Shown piece by piece: positions 19,580-30,048 of a stretch of 64,000 nt of DNA. The notes beneath the pieces were generated by a model. The model made no database searches. It saw nothing but the letters and a program-made list of their open reading frames with translations, and had not been told where the DNA came from. Positions within the stretch are counted from its first letter, which is position 1. Each line of letters opens with the position of its first letter. This DNA comes from Bacteroidia bacterium (GTDB lineage Bacteria > Bacteroidota > Bacteroidia > NS11-12g > UBA9320), in the NCBI GenBank assembly GCA_965216465.1, contig CBDCFW010000006.1, forward strand, positions 288,001 through 352,000. Reading direction: 5' to 3'. Position numbers and translations under genes: made by a program.

Positions 19580-20965
19580 TTAAAGGTGAATTACCTCGTC
19601 GTAAGCTGCAGCACATGCTTCCATTACCGCTTCACTCATCGTTGGGTGAGGATGTACTGTTTTAATCATTTCATGTCCTGTTGTTTCTAACTTTCTAGCA
19701 GCAACAACCTCTGCAATCATTTCAGTAACATTTGCTCCAATCATGTGTGCTCCTAAGAACTCACCATATTTTGCATCAAAGATTACTTTAACAAATCCTT
19801 CTTTGGCTCCGGCAGCACTTGCTTTACCACTTGCAGAGAATGGGAACTTGCCCACTTTGATATCATATCCTGCTTCTTTCGCCTTCGCTTCAGTGTAACC
19901 TACAGACGCAATTTCAGGCCATGTGTAGGTACATCCTGGGATGTTTCCGTAATCTAATCCTTCTACATCCATTCCTGCAATTTTCTCAACACAGATAATT
20001 CCTTCTGCACTCGCAACGTGAGCTAATGCTGGACCGGGAACGATGTCTCCAATAGCATAAACTCCAGGAACATTAGTTTGGTAGTAATCATCTACTAATA
20101 CCTTTCCGTTCTCAGTTTTGATGCCTAAAGACTCAAGACCAATATTCTCTAAGTTTGTTTGAATTCCAACCGCTGAAAGAACCACATCACACTCAATAAT
20201 TTCTTCGCCTTTCGCAGTTTTTACTTTCACTTTACATCCAGCACCTTTGGTATCAACGCTTTCAACAGAACTGTTGGTCATTACTTTGATACCTTTCTTT
20301 TTGTAAATCTTAGCTAGCTCTTTAGAAACATCAGCATCTTCATTAGGAACGATGCTCGGCATAAACTCAACAACCGTTACTTCTGTTCCCATTGCACTGT
20401 AGAAATAGGCAAACTCAACTCCGATAGCTCCACTGCCCACAACAACCATTTTCTTTGGTTGCTTTGGAAGCACTAATGCTTCGTGATATCCAATAATTTT
20501 CTCTCCGTCGATAGGCAAGCTTGGCAATTGACGCTCTCGAGCTCCAGTAGCAAGAATAACGTGCTTTGCAGAATGCGTTTCTTTCTTCCCGTCGTTATCT
20601 ACACTTACTTGACCTTTTGCAATTAATTTTCCAAATCCTGTAAGAACCTCAATTTTGTTTTTCTTCATTAAAAACTGGATTCCTTTACTCATGCCATTAG
20701 CAACATCTCTACTTCTTTTTATTACCGCATCAAAATCGTGCTTTGCACCCGATACGCTAATTCCGTAGTCACTTGCATGATTGATATATTCAAATACTTG
20801 GGCTGATTTAAGCAGTGCTTTGGTTGGGATACAACCCCAATTTAAACATACTCCACCAAGTTCCGCTTTCTCTACAACAGCAGTTTTTAAACCAAGCTGA
20901 GCTGCACGAATTGCTGCAACATAACCACCTGGACCACTACCAATTACTATAACATCGAAATTCAT
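19580..20965 (-). CDS. lpdA: Dihydrolipoyl dehydrogenase
   Basis: GSGPGGY, GGVCLNWGCIPTK redox disulfide and HPHPTMSE motifs. Confidence 0.97.
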   Translation of the reverse strand: MNFDVIVIGSGPGGYVAAIRAAQLGLKTAVVEKAELGGVCLNWGCIPTKALLKSAQVFEYINHASDYGISVSGAKHDFDAVIKRSRDVANGMSKGIQFLMKKNKIEVLTGFGKLIAKGQVSVDNDGKKETHSAKHVILATGARERQLPSLPIDGEKIIGYHEALVLPKQPKKMVVVGSGAIGVEFAYFYSAMGTEVTVVEFMPSIVPNEDADVSKELAKIYKKKGIKVMTNSSVESVDTKGAGCKVKVKTAKGEEIIECDVVLSAVGIQTNLENIGLESLGIKTENGKVLVDDYYQTNVPGVYAIGDIVPGPALAHVASAEGIICVEKIAGMDVEGLDYGNIPGCTYTWPEIASVGYTEAKAKEAGYDIKVGKFPFSASGKASAAGAKEGFVKVIFDAKYGEFLGAHMIGANVTEMIAEVVAARKLETTGHEMIKTVHPHPTMSEAVMEACAAAYDEVIHL

Positions 20966-21053
20966 AATTTTTGATTTTTAGGGCTGCAAAGAAAGCGAAA
21001 TTTGAGGTTTCTTTATGAAATCAAAGACTTAAATTTGCATCCTTAAACGCATT

Positions 21054-22322
21054 ATGCTACAAATACAGGAAATACGAGCAAACAAAGGAGCCATAATTGA
21101 AAGGCTGGCAAAACGTGGTGTTGACTTTACCGACCTTGTTGAACAAGCACTTGAATTAGACAACCGACGCAAATCTACTCAATCAGAATTGGACCAAGTT
21201 TTAGCAGAAAGCAACAGTATTTCAAAGCAAATAGGTCAACTATTTGCTCAAGGCAAGCGTGAAGAAGCCGAAGAAAAAAAGGCTCTAACCGGAGAACTTA
21301 AAACGAAGAGTAAAGCTCTTGAAGAAGAATCAAGAACCATAGATTCTGAACTAAAAGAAGTGCTTTACCAAATCCCAAACGCTCCAGGAGCAGATGTACC
21401 TGCCGGAAAGAGTGAAGAAGATAACCAAACTGTTTTAACCGTTGGTGAACGACCTGAATTGACTCAAAAACTTCCACATTGGGAGTTAGCAGAGAAGTAC
21501 AATCTTATTGACTTCGAGCTTGGTGTTAAAATTACAGGTGCTGGGTTTCCGGTTTATCGTGGAAAAGGTGCTCGCTTCCAAAGGGCATTGATTAACTATT
21601 TCTTAGATAAAGCAAGAGACGAAGGGTTTGAAGAGGTTCTTCCTCCAATCTTGGTAAATGAAGCAAGTGGTTATGGCACAGGCCAACTTCCTGATAAAGA
21701 AGGTCAGATGTACCACATGCAAGTCGATAATTTATACTGCATTCCTACGGCCGAAGTTCCTATCACAAACATCTACCGCGATGTAATCTTGAAAGAAGAA
21801 GACTTTCCAATTAAAAATTGTGGATACACCCCTTGCTTTAGAAGAGAAGCAGGCAGTTATGGTAAAGACGTTCGTGGATTAAACAGATTGCACCAATTCG
21901 ATAAAGTAGAAATTGTTCAATTGGCTCATCCTGAAAAATCATATGAGATCTTGGAGGAAATGAGCAACTATGTTCAAAGCCTACTAAAAGAATTAGGACT
22001 GCATTACCGCGTTCTACTTCTTTGTGGTGGAGATACGGGTTTTGCTAGTGCAATGACCTACGATATGGAAGTTTGGAGCGGAGCTCAAGAAAGATGGCTT
22101 GAAGTAAGCTCTGTATCTAACTTTGAATCTTTCCAAGCTAATCGATTGAAGCTTAGATTTAAGAACAAAGAAGGCAAAAATCAACTAGCACACACCCTAA
22201 ACGGAAGTGCACTGGCCCTGCCTAGAATTGTTGCTGCTTTATTGGAAAACAATCAGACTCCAGAGGGGATTATTGTGCCAGAAGTGTTGCGTCCGTATTG
22301 CGGATTCGACATTATTAATTAA
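21054..22322 (+). CDS. serS: Serine--tRNA ligase
   Basis: IPTAEVP, FRREAGSYG, RLHQFDKVE and HTLNGSALA motifs; TAAATTTG at 21030-21037. Confidence 0.97.
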   Translation: MLQIQEIRANKGAIIERLAKRGVDFTDLVEQALELDNRRKSTQSELDQVLAESNSISKQIGQLFAQGKREEAEEKKALTGELKTKSKALEEESRTIDSELKEVLYQIPNAPGADVPAGKSEEDNQTVLTVGERPELTQKLPHWELAEKYNLIDFELGVKITGAGFPVYRGKGARFQRALINYFLDKARDEGFEEVLPPILVNEASGYGTGQLPDKEGQMYHMQVDNLYCIPTAEVPITNIYRDVILKEEDFPIKNCGYTPCFRREAGSYGKDVRGLNRLHQFDKVEIVQLAHPEKSYEILEEMSNYVQSLLKELGLHYRVLLLCGGDTGFASAMTYDMEVWSGAQERWLEVSSVSNFESFQANRLKLRFKNKEGKNQLAHTLNGSALALPRIVAALLENNQTPEGIIVPEVLRPYCGFDIIN

Positions 22323-22338
22323 CATTAATTCTAATTTA

Positions 22339-22367
22339 AGTCTTTGATTACCAGAGACTAATTTTTT
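22339..22367 (+). terminator. Probable serS terminator
   Basis: AGTCTTTG-attac-CAGAGACT followed by AATTTTTT. Confidence 0.5.
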
Positions 22368-22445
22368 AAATCAACATTTTGATGGTGATTTTTAGTTTGC
22401 CGTTTCTAAAATCTGCTATACCCTTGTGCCAATTATTTTAATACC

Positions 22446-24386
22446 ATGAAACTAAAAGAAACCATCTTTATTTCAACTGCTCTATTCTTTGGAATGGGAG
22501 CAGTCGCTCAGCAAAACATAGACTCGGTCTACGTTTCTGCTAGTCGACTTCCAATGAAAAAATTTGAGGCTGGAAAAAGTATTACCGTAATCACTGCCGA
22601 AGAAATCAAAGCCATTCCTGCAACTACTGTAGATGAGCTGCTTCGAAACATTGAAGGCATCAACTTGAACAACCGTGGGGGATTCGGAGTTCAGTCTGAT
22701 ATCGGAATGCGAGGAAGCACTTTTTCTCAGGTACTTATTCTAGTTGACAACCAGCGAATTAACGATCCATTAACAGCACACTTTAATAGCAACATTCCTA
22801 TCCCTTTATCCGAGATTCATCATATTGAGGTAATAAGAGGATCGGCTGCAGTATCATACGGAGCAGATGCTGTTGGAGGTGTAATTCACATCAAAACCAA
22901 AGCTTTTGAAGGGCTTTCAGGCACAAACTCGTTTAACTTGAGCGGCAGTACTGCAATGGGTGAACACAACCTAAAACTTACCGATGTTGGATTTCACCAA
23001 CAAGGCAAAAATTTTGGAGCTTCATTAGCTCTTAAGTCGTCATCTGCAGACGGAGAGCAATTTGTTAACCCAAATTACATCAACTCCGGATTAGGAGATA
23101 GCTTGTACAACAATCATTTTGACCTAAAGACCTATACCGGTGCGTTAACTTACAGAAAGAACAGAATCAAATCGTATGTTCGATTAGGGGCAGACGCACG
23201 AGATTTTGCAGCTAAATATTTCTACACAGCAAGTGCCTACGACGAGTCTTATGAAGAGGTAAATGCTTATTGGTCACAGGCCTATGTTCAGTACACAGGA
23301 GATAAAAGCAAAACTGATTTCAATGTTGGATACAGAATGAACCAAGACAGCTTTGTCTTCAATCCACTTTTCTCAGCTAACGTGCATACAACCAATAGAA
23401 TGAATGCCTCTATCAACCATTACCGATTTATTAAAGGAGTTAGAATGGTGTTTGGAGCTCAAATCGACGACCAAAAAATTGAAAGTACCGACCGTGGTGA
23501 TCACGAACTGCAAACACAAGCGGTTTATGTATTAGCCAACAAGCGTTTAAACGACCTAAACTTGAATGGAGGTTTACGTTTTGAGAACAACGAATTATTA
23601 GGACTTCAAATCATCCCGCAATTGAATATTGCGTATAACCTAGAAAATATGGTGGTAAGATCTTCAATCGGACGTGCTGTAAGACAAGGAGATTTCACCG
23701 AGCGATATATTTCTTACCTCATTCCTAGCCTTTCACCAGGACGAAATGCTGGGAACCCAGATTTAGACGTCGAAAATTCTTGGAATTTTGATCTCGGAGT
23801 AGACGGGTACGTCAATAAAAATTTAAGATGGGGAGCAACCGCATTTGCACGTAAGTCAAACAATCTAATAGACTACGTAAGCACCCCCTCTAGCGAAATT
23901 ACCAACCTAAACAACTTAGCTGATAGTGCTTTCTATTTGTATGCTACAAACATTAGTGAGAGCTTCACCTCTGGTTTAGAGGCATTTGTCAAATACACCA
24001 TTTTTGAAGGTGCCATTGTAAAACTTAAGTCTCACCTGAACTATACATACATTAACACAAACACCCCGGATAGTGTGGTTTCTAAATACATTGCAAACCA
24101 TCCTATTCACAATATCAATATTGGTCTAAACTTAGATGTCAATCGATTTAGTTTTATAGTTACCGGAAATCTTGTAACACGTAACGAAGAAATTATTGAA
24201 TCAATTGATGCATCAATTCCTGCGAATTATAGCTTGATCAACACAAGAGTAAGCTATTCATCTGCAATTATTCCAGTTCGTTTCTTCGCTGAAGTAAGAA
24301 ACTTAGGAAACACACAGTACCAAGAAATATTAGGTGCGAGAATGCCAGGACGGTGGTTCTATGGCGGACTAACCTGGAATCTTTAA
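22446..24386 (+). CDS. TonB-dependent outer-membrane receptor (BtuB-like plug and barrel)
   Basis: Plug motifs MRGSTFSQVLILVD and IEVIRGSAAVSYGADAVGGVIHI, GNPDL.VE, C-terminal MPGRWFYGGLTWNL. Confidence 0.9.
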   Translation: MKLKETIFISTALFFGMGAVAQQNIDSVYVSASRLPMKKFEAGKSITVITAEEIKAIPATTVDELLRNIEGINLNNRGGFGVQSDIGMRGSTFSQVLILVDNQRINDPLTAHFNSNIPIPLSEIHHIEVIRGSAAVSYGADAVGGVIHIKTKAFEGLSGTNSFNLSGSTAMGEHNLKLTDVGFHQQGKNFGASLALKSSSADGEQFVNPNYINSGLGDSLYNNHFDLKTYTGALTYRKNRIKSYVRLGADARDFAAKYFYTASAYDESYEEVNAYWSQAYVQYTGDKSKTDFNVGYRMNQDSFVFNPLFSANVHTTNRMNASINHYRFIKGVRMVFGAQIDDQKIESTDRGDHELQTQAVYVLANKRLNDLNLNGGLRFENNELLGLQIIPQLNIAYNLENMVVRSSIGRAVRQGDFTERYISYLIPSLSPGRNAGNPDLDVENSWNFDLGVDGYVNKNLRWGATAFARKSNNLIDYVSTPSSEITNLNNLADSAFYLYATNISESFTSGLEAFVKYTIFEGAIVKLKSHLNYTYINTNTPDSVVSKYIANHPIHNINIGLNLDVNRFSFIVTGNLVTRNEEIIESIDASIPANYSLINTRVSYSSAIIPVRFFAEVRNLGNTQYQEILGARMPGRWFYGGLTWNL

Positions 24387-24400
24387 GATCTAAAAATATG

Positions 24401-24433
24401 AAAGCCTGTCCCGCTGGCGCGGAGACAGGCTTT
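24401..24433. terminator. Bidirectional terminator-like hairpin
   Basis: AAAGCCTGTC...GACAGGCTTT with a GC-rich inner stem. Confidence 0.75.
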
Positions 24434-24590
24434 ATGTAGCTTATTAGTAGTTACCTCAAAGGTCTTCTCTGTAGTAATGATATACAAATAAGAGTATTTG
24501 CAGCATCAATACGTTGCACCACTCAATAATACAGACTAAAATATGACATTCTCACGTTTAGAGAATTGTCGTACTTTTGATTCTACATAC

Positions 24591-25088
24591 ATGCGATTCA
24601 TTGTAGGTTTATGTTTATTGGTTCTTACCAGCTTGGCTCACGGCCAATGGGTAAATGAATGCATAGATACCAATAGAATTAATCCCTGGTACGCTTGCGG
24701 ACCCGTGTTTTCTCCAGTTTGTGGATGCGATGGCATTACCTATCGCAATGAGTGCTTAAGTTTTAATGCCGCAGGGGTAAATACGGTTGAACATTCTGGC
24801 GTATGTGCCCATGAATTTTACTTTTTCGATTTTTGGCCTAACCTCGTAACCGATCGCATTGATTTCTATATGCAACTCGCACCAAACCAAACTGCGAATG
24901 CGAGCATCCAAATCGTTAACAGCTTTGGAAATTTGGTTTACAATAAGCTGCTAAACAATGTTAGGGCCGATTTCCCTTATCAAGAAACCATTTATTTAGG
25001 CGATCTAAAAACAGGGGTTTACTTCGTAATCGTTCAAGCGAATGGTATTTATAAGCGACAGAAATTCGTAAAACATTCGTTGTTTTAA
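24591..25088 (+). CDS. Kazal-type domain protein with T9SS type A sorting domain
   Basis: C...PVCGCDGITYRNEC...C; C-terminal WPN...LKTGVYFVIV...KFVK; TACTTTTG at 24572-24579. Confidence 0.85.
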   Translation: MRFIVGLCLLVLTSLAHGQWVNECIDTNRINPWYACGPVFSPVCGCDGITYRNECLSFNAAGVNTVEHSGVCAHEFYFFDFWPNLVTDRIDFYMQLAPNQTANASIQIVNSFGNLVYNKLLNNVRADFPYQETIYLGDLKTGVYFVIVQANGIYKRQKFVKHSLF

Positions 25089-25092
25089 CAAA

Positions 25093-25118
25093 CGAACTGT
25101 ACCGTTCAGTACAGTTCG
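25093..25118. terminator. Hairpin between convergent genes
   Basis: CGAACTGTAC-cgttca-GTACAGTTCG. Confidence 0.6.
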
Positions 25119-25129
25119 CAATTTCAATA

Positions 25130-26068
25130 TTACAAATCTTTTATGAGGTCTTTTAGCTCTTCTTCTGAAATAGGAGTTAATGACGTAAGTTCTTCATAAT
25201 GAGGATCAGATATTGTAGAACTGACCAATCCATATTCCATTCCATTATCTGTTTTTGCCACCGCCAAGAGATGAATATCCCAGCCTAAAGGCAGGTTGAA
25301 GTTACCAGAGTTAAACTCCTTTTTATCCACGTCGGCCATCAAGTAAACAACTGAGTTCTCTTCAAAGATCATGTAGACAACAGTATTTGATGAAGCATAA
25401 CCTTCAGGCAATTTTAATCGAACTTGAGTTCCTGTAGCAGCATTATAATACTTGTCTAAATTGCACCAGCTTAAGAAGTTTAGTGTCAGGTAATAGCGAG
25501 AAGTATCGCCTCCTCCTACAGTGGAGTCTGATCTTACCCAAGACGAATCAGCTTGAACCCAATTTACGGTTTGTCCGTTTGAAGGATTCTCTTCTCCCCT
25601 AAATACCTGCATTTGAGGATCGATTCCTTCTGTTGTTGGAATACTTACTGTATACATTCCAGCCAGATCTAAATCCTCTCCATCTTGGCTAATTTCTATG
25701 TTGAACATTCCTCCTGACTGCAACAATGAATTTCCTGAAGCTGTTGTTACACCAGAAAATATCATGTCTGCTTTGGTTAAATATTCGGTAATTTCTACAT
25801 CAACATTACCTGTAACAGCTTGACCATCCTTGGTAAGTACCCCATTTGGGAAGAAGTACGAGAATCCATTGGCCGAATTAATCGTAAATGAAGATGTTGC
25901 ATCTTTTGTGAATGTTTGTTCTGGAGGCCCATATTTAGCTAACACTTCAGACAGGTCTCGATCGTCATCGTTACCGGGATTTGTAGGTACAATTTCATTG
26001 CAAAACGAAAAGAACACAGCTACCAATCCGAGTAACCATGCCGCGTGTAATTTTTTAAATTTTATCAT
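25130..26068 (-). CDS. Hypothetical surface lipoprotein
   Basis: Signal ending SFC; DMIFSGVTT...LQSGGMF...WCNLD pattern seen in Bacteroidota surface proteins. Confidence 0.65.
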   Translation of the reverse strand: MIKFKKLHAAWLLGLVAVFFSFCNEIVPTNPGNDDDRDLSEVLAKYGPPEQTFTKDATSSFTINSANGFSYFFPNGVLTKDGQAVTGNVDVEITEYLTKADMIFSGVTTASGNSLLQSGGMFNIEISQDGEDLDLAGMYTVSIPTTEGIDPQMQVFRGEENPSNGQTVNWVQADSSWVRSDSTVGGGDTSRYYLTLNFLSWCNLDKYYNAATGTQVRLKLPEGYASSNTVVYMIFEENSVVYLMADVDKKEFNSGNFNLPLGWDIHLLAVAKTDNGMEYGLVSSTISDPHYEELTSLTPISEEELKDLIKDL

Positions 26069-26184
26069 AGTTCTTTTAGATGATATACGGCACATGGGCT
26101 AAAATGGTTGGGTATTGCAAAAAAGTTCGGCCATCATCTACACGAAATCATATATTTGATTTTAGATAGTACAACAAGAATTAC

Positions 26185-27030
26185 ATGCGATTACAAACCA
26201 TTCATACCGGAAACTTTATGCTAGACGGAGGTGCCATGTTTGGCACCGTTCCAAAATCGATTTGGAAAAAGATTAATCCAGCCGACGAAAACAACATGTG
26301 CAATTGGGCCATGCGATGCTTATTAATTGAAGACGGCAACCGTTTAATTCTTATTGACAATGGAATGGGCGAAAAGCAGTCTGAAAAATTCTTTGGGTAT
26401 TATTACCTTAATGGCGAGAATTCACTTCAAAAGTCGCTGCATAATGCCGGTGTTGATTTTAAGGACATTACCGACGTTGTACTTACGCATCTTCATTTTG
26501 ATCATTGTGGTGGAAGTGTAAAATGGAATTCAATGCGTGACAACTACGAACTAAGCTTTCCGAATGCTCAATACTGGGTACATGAAGATCACTGGAACCA
26601 TGCCATCAATCCAAACCCCAGAGAAAAAGCATCATTCTTAAAAGAAAATATGCTCCCTATTCAAGAGCTTGGAAATCTCAATTTCTTAGGCTCAGATCTC
26701 GTTTTAACCGAGAACATTTCTGGAATATTGGCACAGGGTCATACTGAATCGATGTTCTGCCCAAAGATTCAGGTTAACAATCAAACCCTAGTTTTTATGG
26801 CAGATATGATTCCTTCTTCAGGACACATTCGCCCTAATTATGTTATGGGGTATGACATTCGTCCACTTGAAACCATGAAAGAGAGAGAAGCCTTTCTTCA
26901 AGAAGCAGTAGCCAACAACTACCTCCTCTATTTTGAGCATGACCTTAACATTGAATGCGGAACTGTTGAACTAGGAGAACGTGGCTATAAGCTAAAAGAT
27001 TCAGGTAAGCTAACAGACTTTATACGCTAA
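26185..27030 (+). CDS. MBL-fold metallo-hydrolase (YtnP-like)
   Basis: LDGGAMFG, THLHFDHCGG, GHT and FEHD motifs. Confidence 0.92.
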   Translation: MRLQTIHTGNFMLDGGAMFGTVPKSIWKKINPADENNMCNWAMRCLLIEDGNRLILIDNGMGEKQSEKFFGYYYLNGENSLQKSLHNAGVDFKDITDVVLTHLHFDHCGGSVKWNSMRDNYELSFPNAQYWVHEDHWNHAINPNPREKASFLKENMLPIQELGNLNFLGSDLVLTENISGILAQGHTESMFCPKIQVNNQTLVFMADMIPSSGHIRPNYVMGYDIRPLETMKEREAFLQEAVANNYLLYFEHDLNIECGTVELGERGYKLKDSGKLTDFIR

Positions 27031-27096
27031 TATTACTGAAATAACGTATTCTTCGCGAACAAGAATACCTTTGCTCATCATAAAGCTAAGCAATTT

Positions 27097-29364
27097 ATGG
27101 AAAATCAATTTGATAATGCCCTTGACTATCACTCCGAAGGGAGGCCAGGGAAAATAGAAGTTATTCCAACCAAACCAACACGAACCAAACGCGATTTAAG
27201 TTTGGCCTACTCTCCTGGAGTTGCCGACCCTTGCGAAGAAATCGCAAAAGATCCGCAAGATGCTTATAAGTACACTGCAAAAGGAAACTTAGTAGGTGTA
27301 ATTAGCAATGGAACCGCTGTATTGGGATTGGGAGACCTTGGAGCTCTTGCCTCTAAGCCAGTGATGGAAGGTAAAGGCGTATTATTCAAAATATTCGCCG
27401 ATATCGATGTATTTGACATTGAGATAAATGAAACAGACCCTGAGAAATTTATTGAAGTAGTAAAGGCATTAGAACCCACTTTTGGAGGAATAAATCTAGA
27501 AGATATAAAGGCCCCTGAAAGTTTTATCATTGAAGAAAGGCTCAAAGCAGAAACGAATATTCCACTCATGCACGACGACCAACATGGTACAGCCATTATT
27601 AGTGGTGCTGCCTTGTTGAACGCCTTGGATATTGCTGGTAAGAAGATTGAAGACGTTCTTATGGTCATAAACGGTGCTGGAGCAAGTGCTATCGCCTGCG
27701 GAAAGTTGTTCGTTGCTTTAGGAATTAAGCGAGAAAATATTCTAATGCTTGACAGTAAAGGAGTTATTAGAAAAGACCGTGAAGGACTCGACGACAACAA
27801 GAAGTTTTTTGCCACCGAACTTGACTTTCACGACATCGATGATGCGTGCAACAAAGCCGACATTTTTGTTGGACTATCGCGTGCCGATGTATTATCGGTC
27901 GAAAATGTGAAATCGATGGCTAAGAATCCAATTGTGTTTGCACTGGCCAACCCAAATCCCGAGATTGCCTATGAAAAAGCAATTAATTCTCGTGGAGATA
28001 TCATTATGGCTACTGGCCGTTCAGATTATCCAAATCAAGTGAATAATGTACTCGGTTTCCCTTTTATTTTTAGAGGAGCACTTGACGTACGTGCAACCGC
28101 TATCAACGAAGAAATGAAGTTGGCTGCGGTTCGTGCTTTGGCAGATTTAGCAAAAGAACCTGTTCCTGATGGTGTTCTTTTAGCATACAACGAGCCCGAT
28201 ATCACATACGGTAAAGAATATATCATTCCTAAACCGCTTGACCCAAGATTAATTACCGCAGTTGCTCCAGCTGTTGCAAAAGCAGCAATGGATAGTGGAG
28301 TAGCCCAACACAACATTGAGGATTGGGAAAAATATAAAATCAGACTTAGAAAGCGGCTAGGTTTAGATAATCGATTCTTACGTGGTCTTTCGAACCGTGC
28401 TCGTAAAAATCCACAGCGTGTTGTGTTTGGAGAGGCAGATAAAATCAAAGTTCTAAAAGCGGCAAATATTGCAAAAGAAGAAGGTGGATGTTTCCCAATT
28501 CTTCTAGGGCACCGCGATAAGATTATGGCATTAATTGAAGAGCATCAATTGAGCTTAGATGAATGTCCAATTATAGACCCTACAAAAAGCAATGAAACCA
28601 CTGAAAAATATGGCAAATTGTACTACGAGAAAAGAGCTCGCAAGGGCTTGACCGAATTTGAAGCCATTAAAGCCATGAGGCAACGAACTCATTTTGGTGC
28701 AATGATGGTTGAACTGGGTGAAGCTGATGCCTTTATTTCGGGTCTAAGCAGAAACTATCCAAATACAATTCGTCCAGCACTAGAAATAATTGGAACTGAA
28801 GAAGGAATTAATAAGGTTGCCGGCATGTATGTTATCACCAGTAAGCAAGGACCTTTGTTCTTTGCTGATACTACGGTTAACATCAATCCTAGCACACAAG
28901 ATTTGGTCGACATCGTTAAACTTACACATCGAATGGTTAGTAAGTTGAATATCAAACCAAGAATTGCGATGTTAAGCTACAGCAACTTTGGCTCAGCAAA
29001 AGGTGAAACAGTAAGCAAAATTCAAGAAGCAGTGAAACACCTGCACAAAAACCATCCTGAAATAATTGTAGATGGAGAAATGCAGGCCAATGTTGCCATG
29101 GATGCAGAATTGCGTCAGGAAGTATTTCCTTTTTGCAAGCTAGGTGCGGAAAATGCAAATGTGTTTATTTTCCCTGGACTTGATTCAGGAAACATCGCTT
29201 ATAAAATGGTTCAAGGATTGGGTGTTGCCGAAGCCATAGGACCTATTCTTTTGGGAGTACGTAAATCAGTGCATGTGTTACAACTAGGCAGTTCAGTTCG
29301 TGAGATTGTGAACATGATTAACCTTGCCGTAGTAGACGCTCAAAGCAAGAAAGGACTGTTTTAA
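27097..29364 (+). CDS. maeB: NADP-dependent malic enzyme with phosphotransacetylase-like domain
   Basis: LAYSPGVA, KPVMEGK, HDDQHGTA and NQVNN motifs; C-terminal DGEMQAN and GNIAYK. Confidence 0.96.
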   Translation: MENQFDNALDYHSEGRPGKIEVIPTKPTRTKRDLSLAYSPGVADPCEEIAKDPQDAYKYTAKGNLVGVISNGTAVLGLGDLGALASKPVMEGKGVLFKIFADIDVFDIEINETDPEKFIEVVKALEPTFGGINLEDIKAPESFIIEERLKAETNIPLMHDDQHGTAIISGAALLNALDIAGKKIEDVLMVINGAGASAIACGKLFVALGIKRENILMLDSKGVIRKDREGLDDNKKFFATELDFHDIDDACNKADIFVGLSRADVLSVENVKSMAKNPIVFALANPNPEIAYEKAINSRGDIIMATGRSDYPNQVNNVLGFPFIFRGALDVRATAINEEMKLAAVRALADLAKEPVPDGVLLAYNEPDITYGKEYIIPKPLDPRLITAVAPAVAKAAMDSGVAQHNIEDWEKYKIRLRKRLGLDNRFLRGLSNRARKNPQRVVFGEADKIKVLKAANIAKEEGGCFPILLGHRDKIMALIEEHQLSLDECPIIDPTKSNETTEKYGKLYYEKRARKGLTEFEAIKAMRQRTHFGAMMVELGEADAFISGLSRNYPNTIRPALEIIGTEEGINKVAGMYVITSKQGPLFFADTTVNINPSTQDLVDIVKLTHRMVSKLNIKPRIAMLSYSNFGSAKGETVSKIQEAVKHLHKNHPEIIVDGEMQANVAMDAELRQEVFPFCKLGAENANVFIFPGLDSGNIAYKMVQGLGVAEAIGPILLGVRKSVHVLQLGSSVREIVNMINLAVVDAQSKKGLF

Positions 29365-30048
29365 TTAGTATATTTGGAAGGATATGAAAAAACTCCTTCT
29401 TGGTATGGCTCTATTCTTGAGCATCAGCTCCTTAGCACAATCAGATTCAAGTTCTTCTGCACCTAATTTTCGCTTTAGTGCTAGTATTGGAAGTATGACC
29501 GGGTTAAACTATTTAAAGAACGAACCCGATGCGGCATTTGTATTTAACCCAAGTATAGAATCTGGCAAGATTGTCTCTATTCATGCTGGAGCATTGGTAC
29601 TATCAAGAGATATGATTCTAGTCGACTCTACACACTCAAAACGAACTACATTTATTGAGGTTGGTCTGAGTGCCAGACAGACCTTTGCTGACGATAAATT
29701 GTATGCTGGAGGGGGATATTATTTCTTAAGAAATAGTGGCGGTGAAGGCCATCGTGTTGTAGGACAACTGGGTGTCAGAGTCTCCAAGTTTTCTTCATTC
29801 TATATTGAACATAGTAAAATCTACGCCAAGGATGAAGATTTCACAGGCAGTCTTTTAAATTTCGGGATTTCTCTGCAGTTTTAGACAAGATTGCGTTATT
29901 CAATATCGCTAATACTTATCTAATCGACAATTCAATTAGGTCTGCATTAATTCGTATATTTGGAAAACATGAAAAAACTCCTTCTTGGTATAGCTCTATT
30001 ATTGAGCATCAGCTCCTTAGCACAATCTGATTCAAGTTCTTCTCCACC
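29361..30048 (+). repeat. Direct repeat of promoter plus signal-peptide DNA (29361-29463 and 29947-30048)
   Basis: The first 80 coding nt differ at 4 positions; upstream TTAATTmGTATATTTGGAA is shared. Confidence 0.9.
29384..29884 (+). CDS. Small outer-membrane beta-barrel protein, paralog 1
   Basis: Signal peptide, about eight amphipathic strands, terminal GISLQF; TATATTTG at 29369-29376. Confidence 0.65.
   Translation: MKKLLLGMALFLSISSLAQSDSSSSAPNFRFSASIGSMTGLNYLKNEPDAAFVFNPSIESGKIVSIHAGALVLSRDMILVDSTHSKRTTFIEVGLSARQTFADDKLYAGGGYYFLRNSGGEGHRVVGQLGVRVSKFSSFYIEHSKIYAKDEDFTGSLLNFGISLQF

Noticed and set aside
22323-22445. Cobalamin riboswitch before the BtuB-like receptor
   Set aside because: The intergenic region is only 123 nt, AT-rich and lacks B12-box motifs; the receptor substrate remains unknown.
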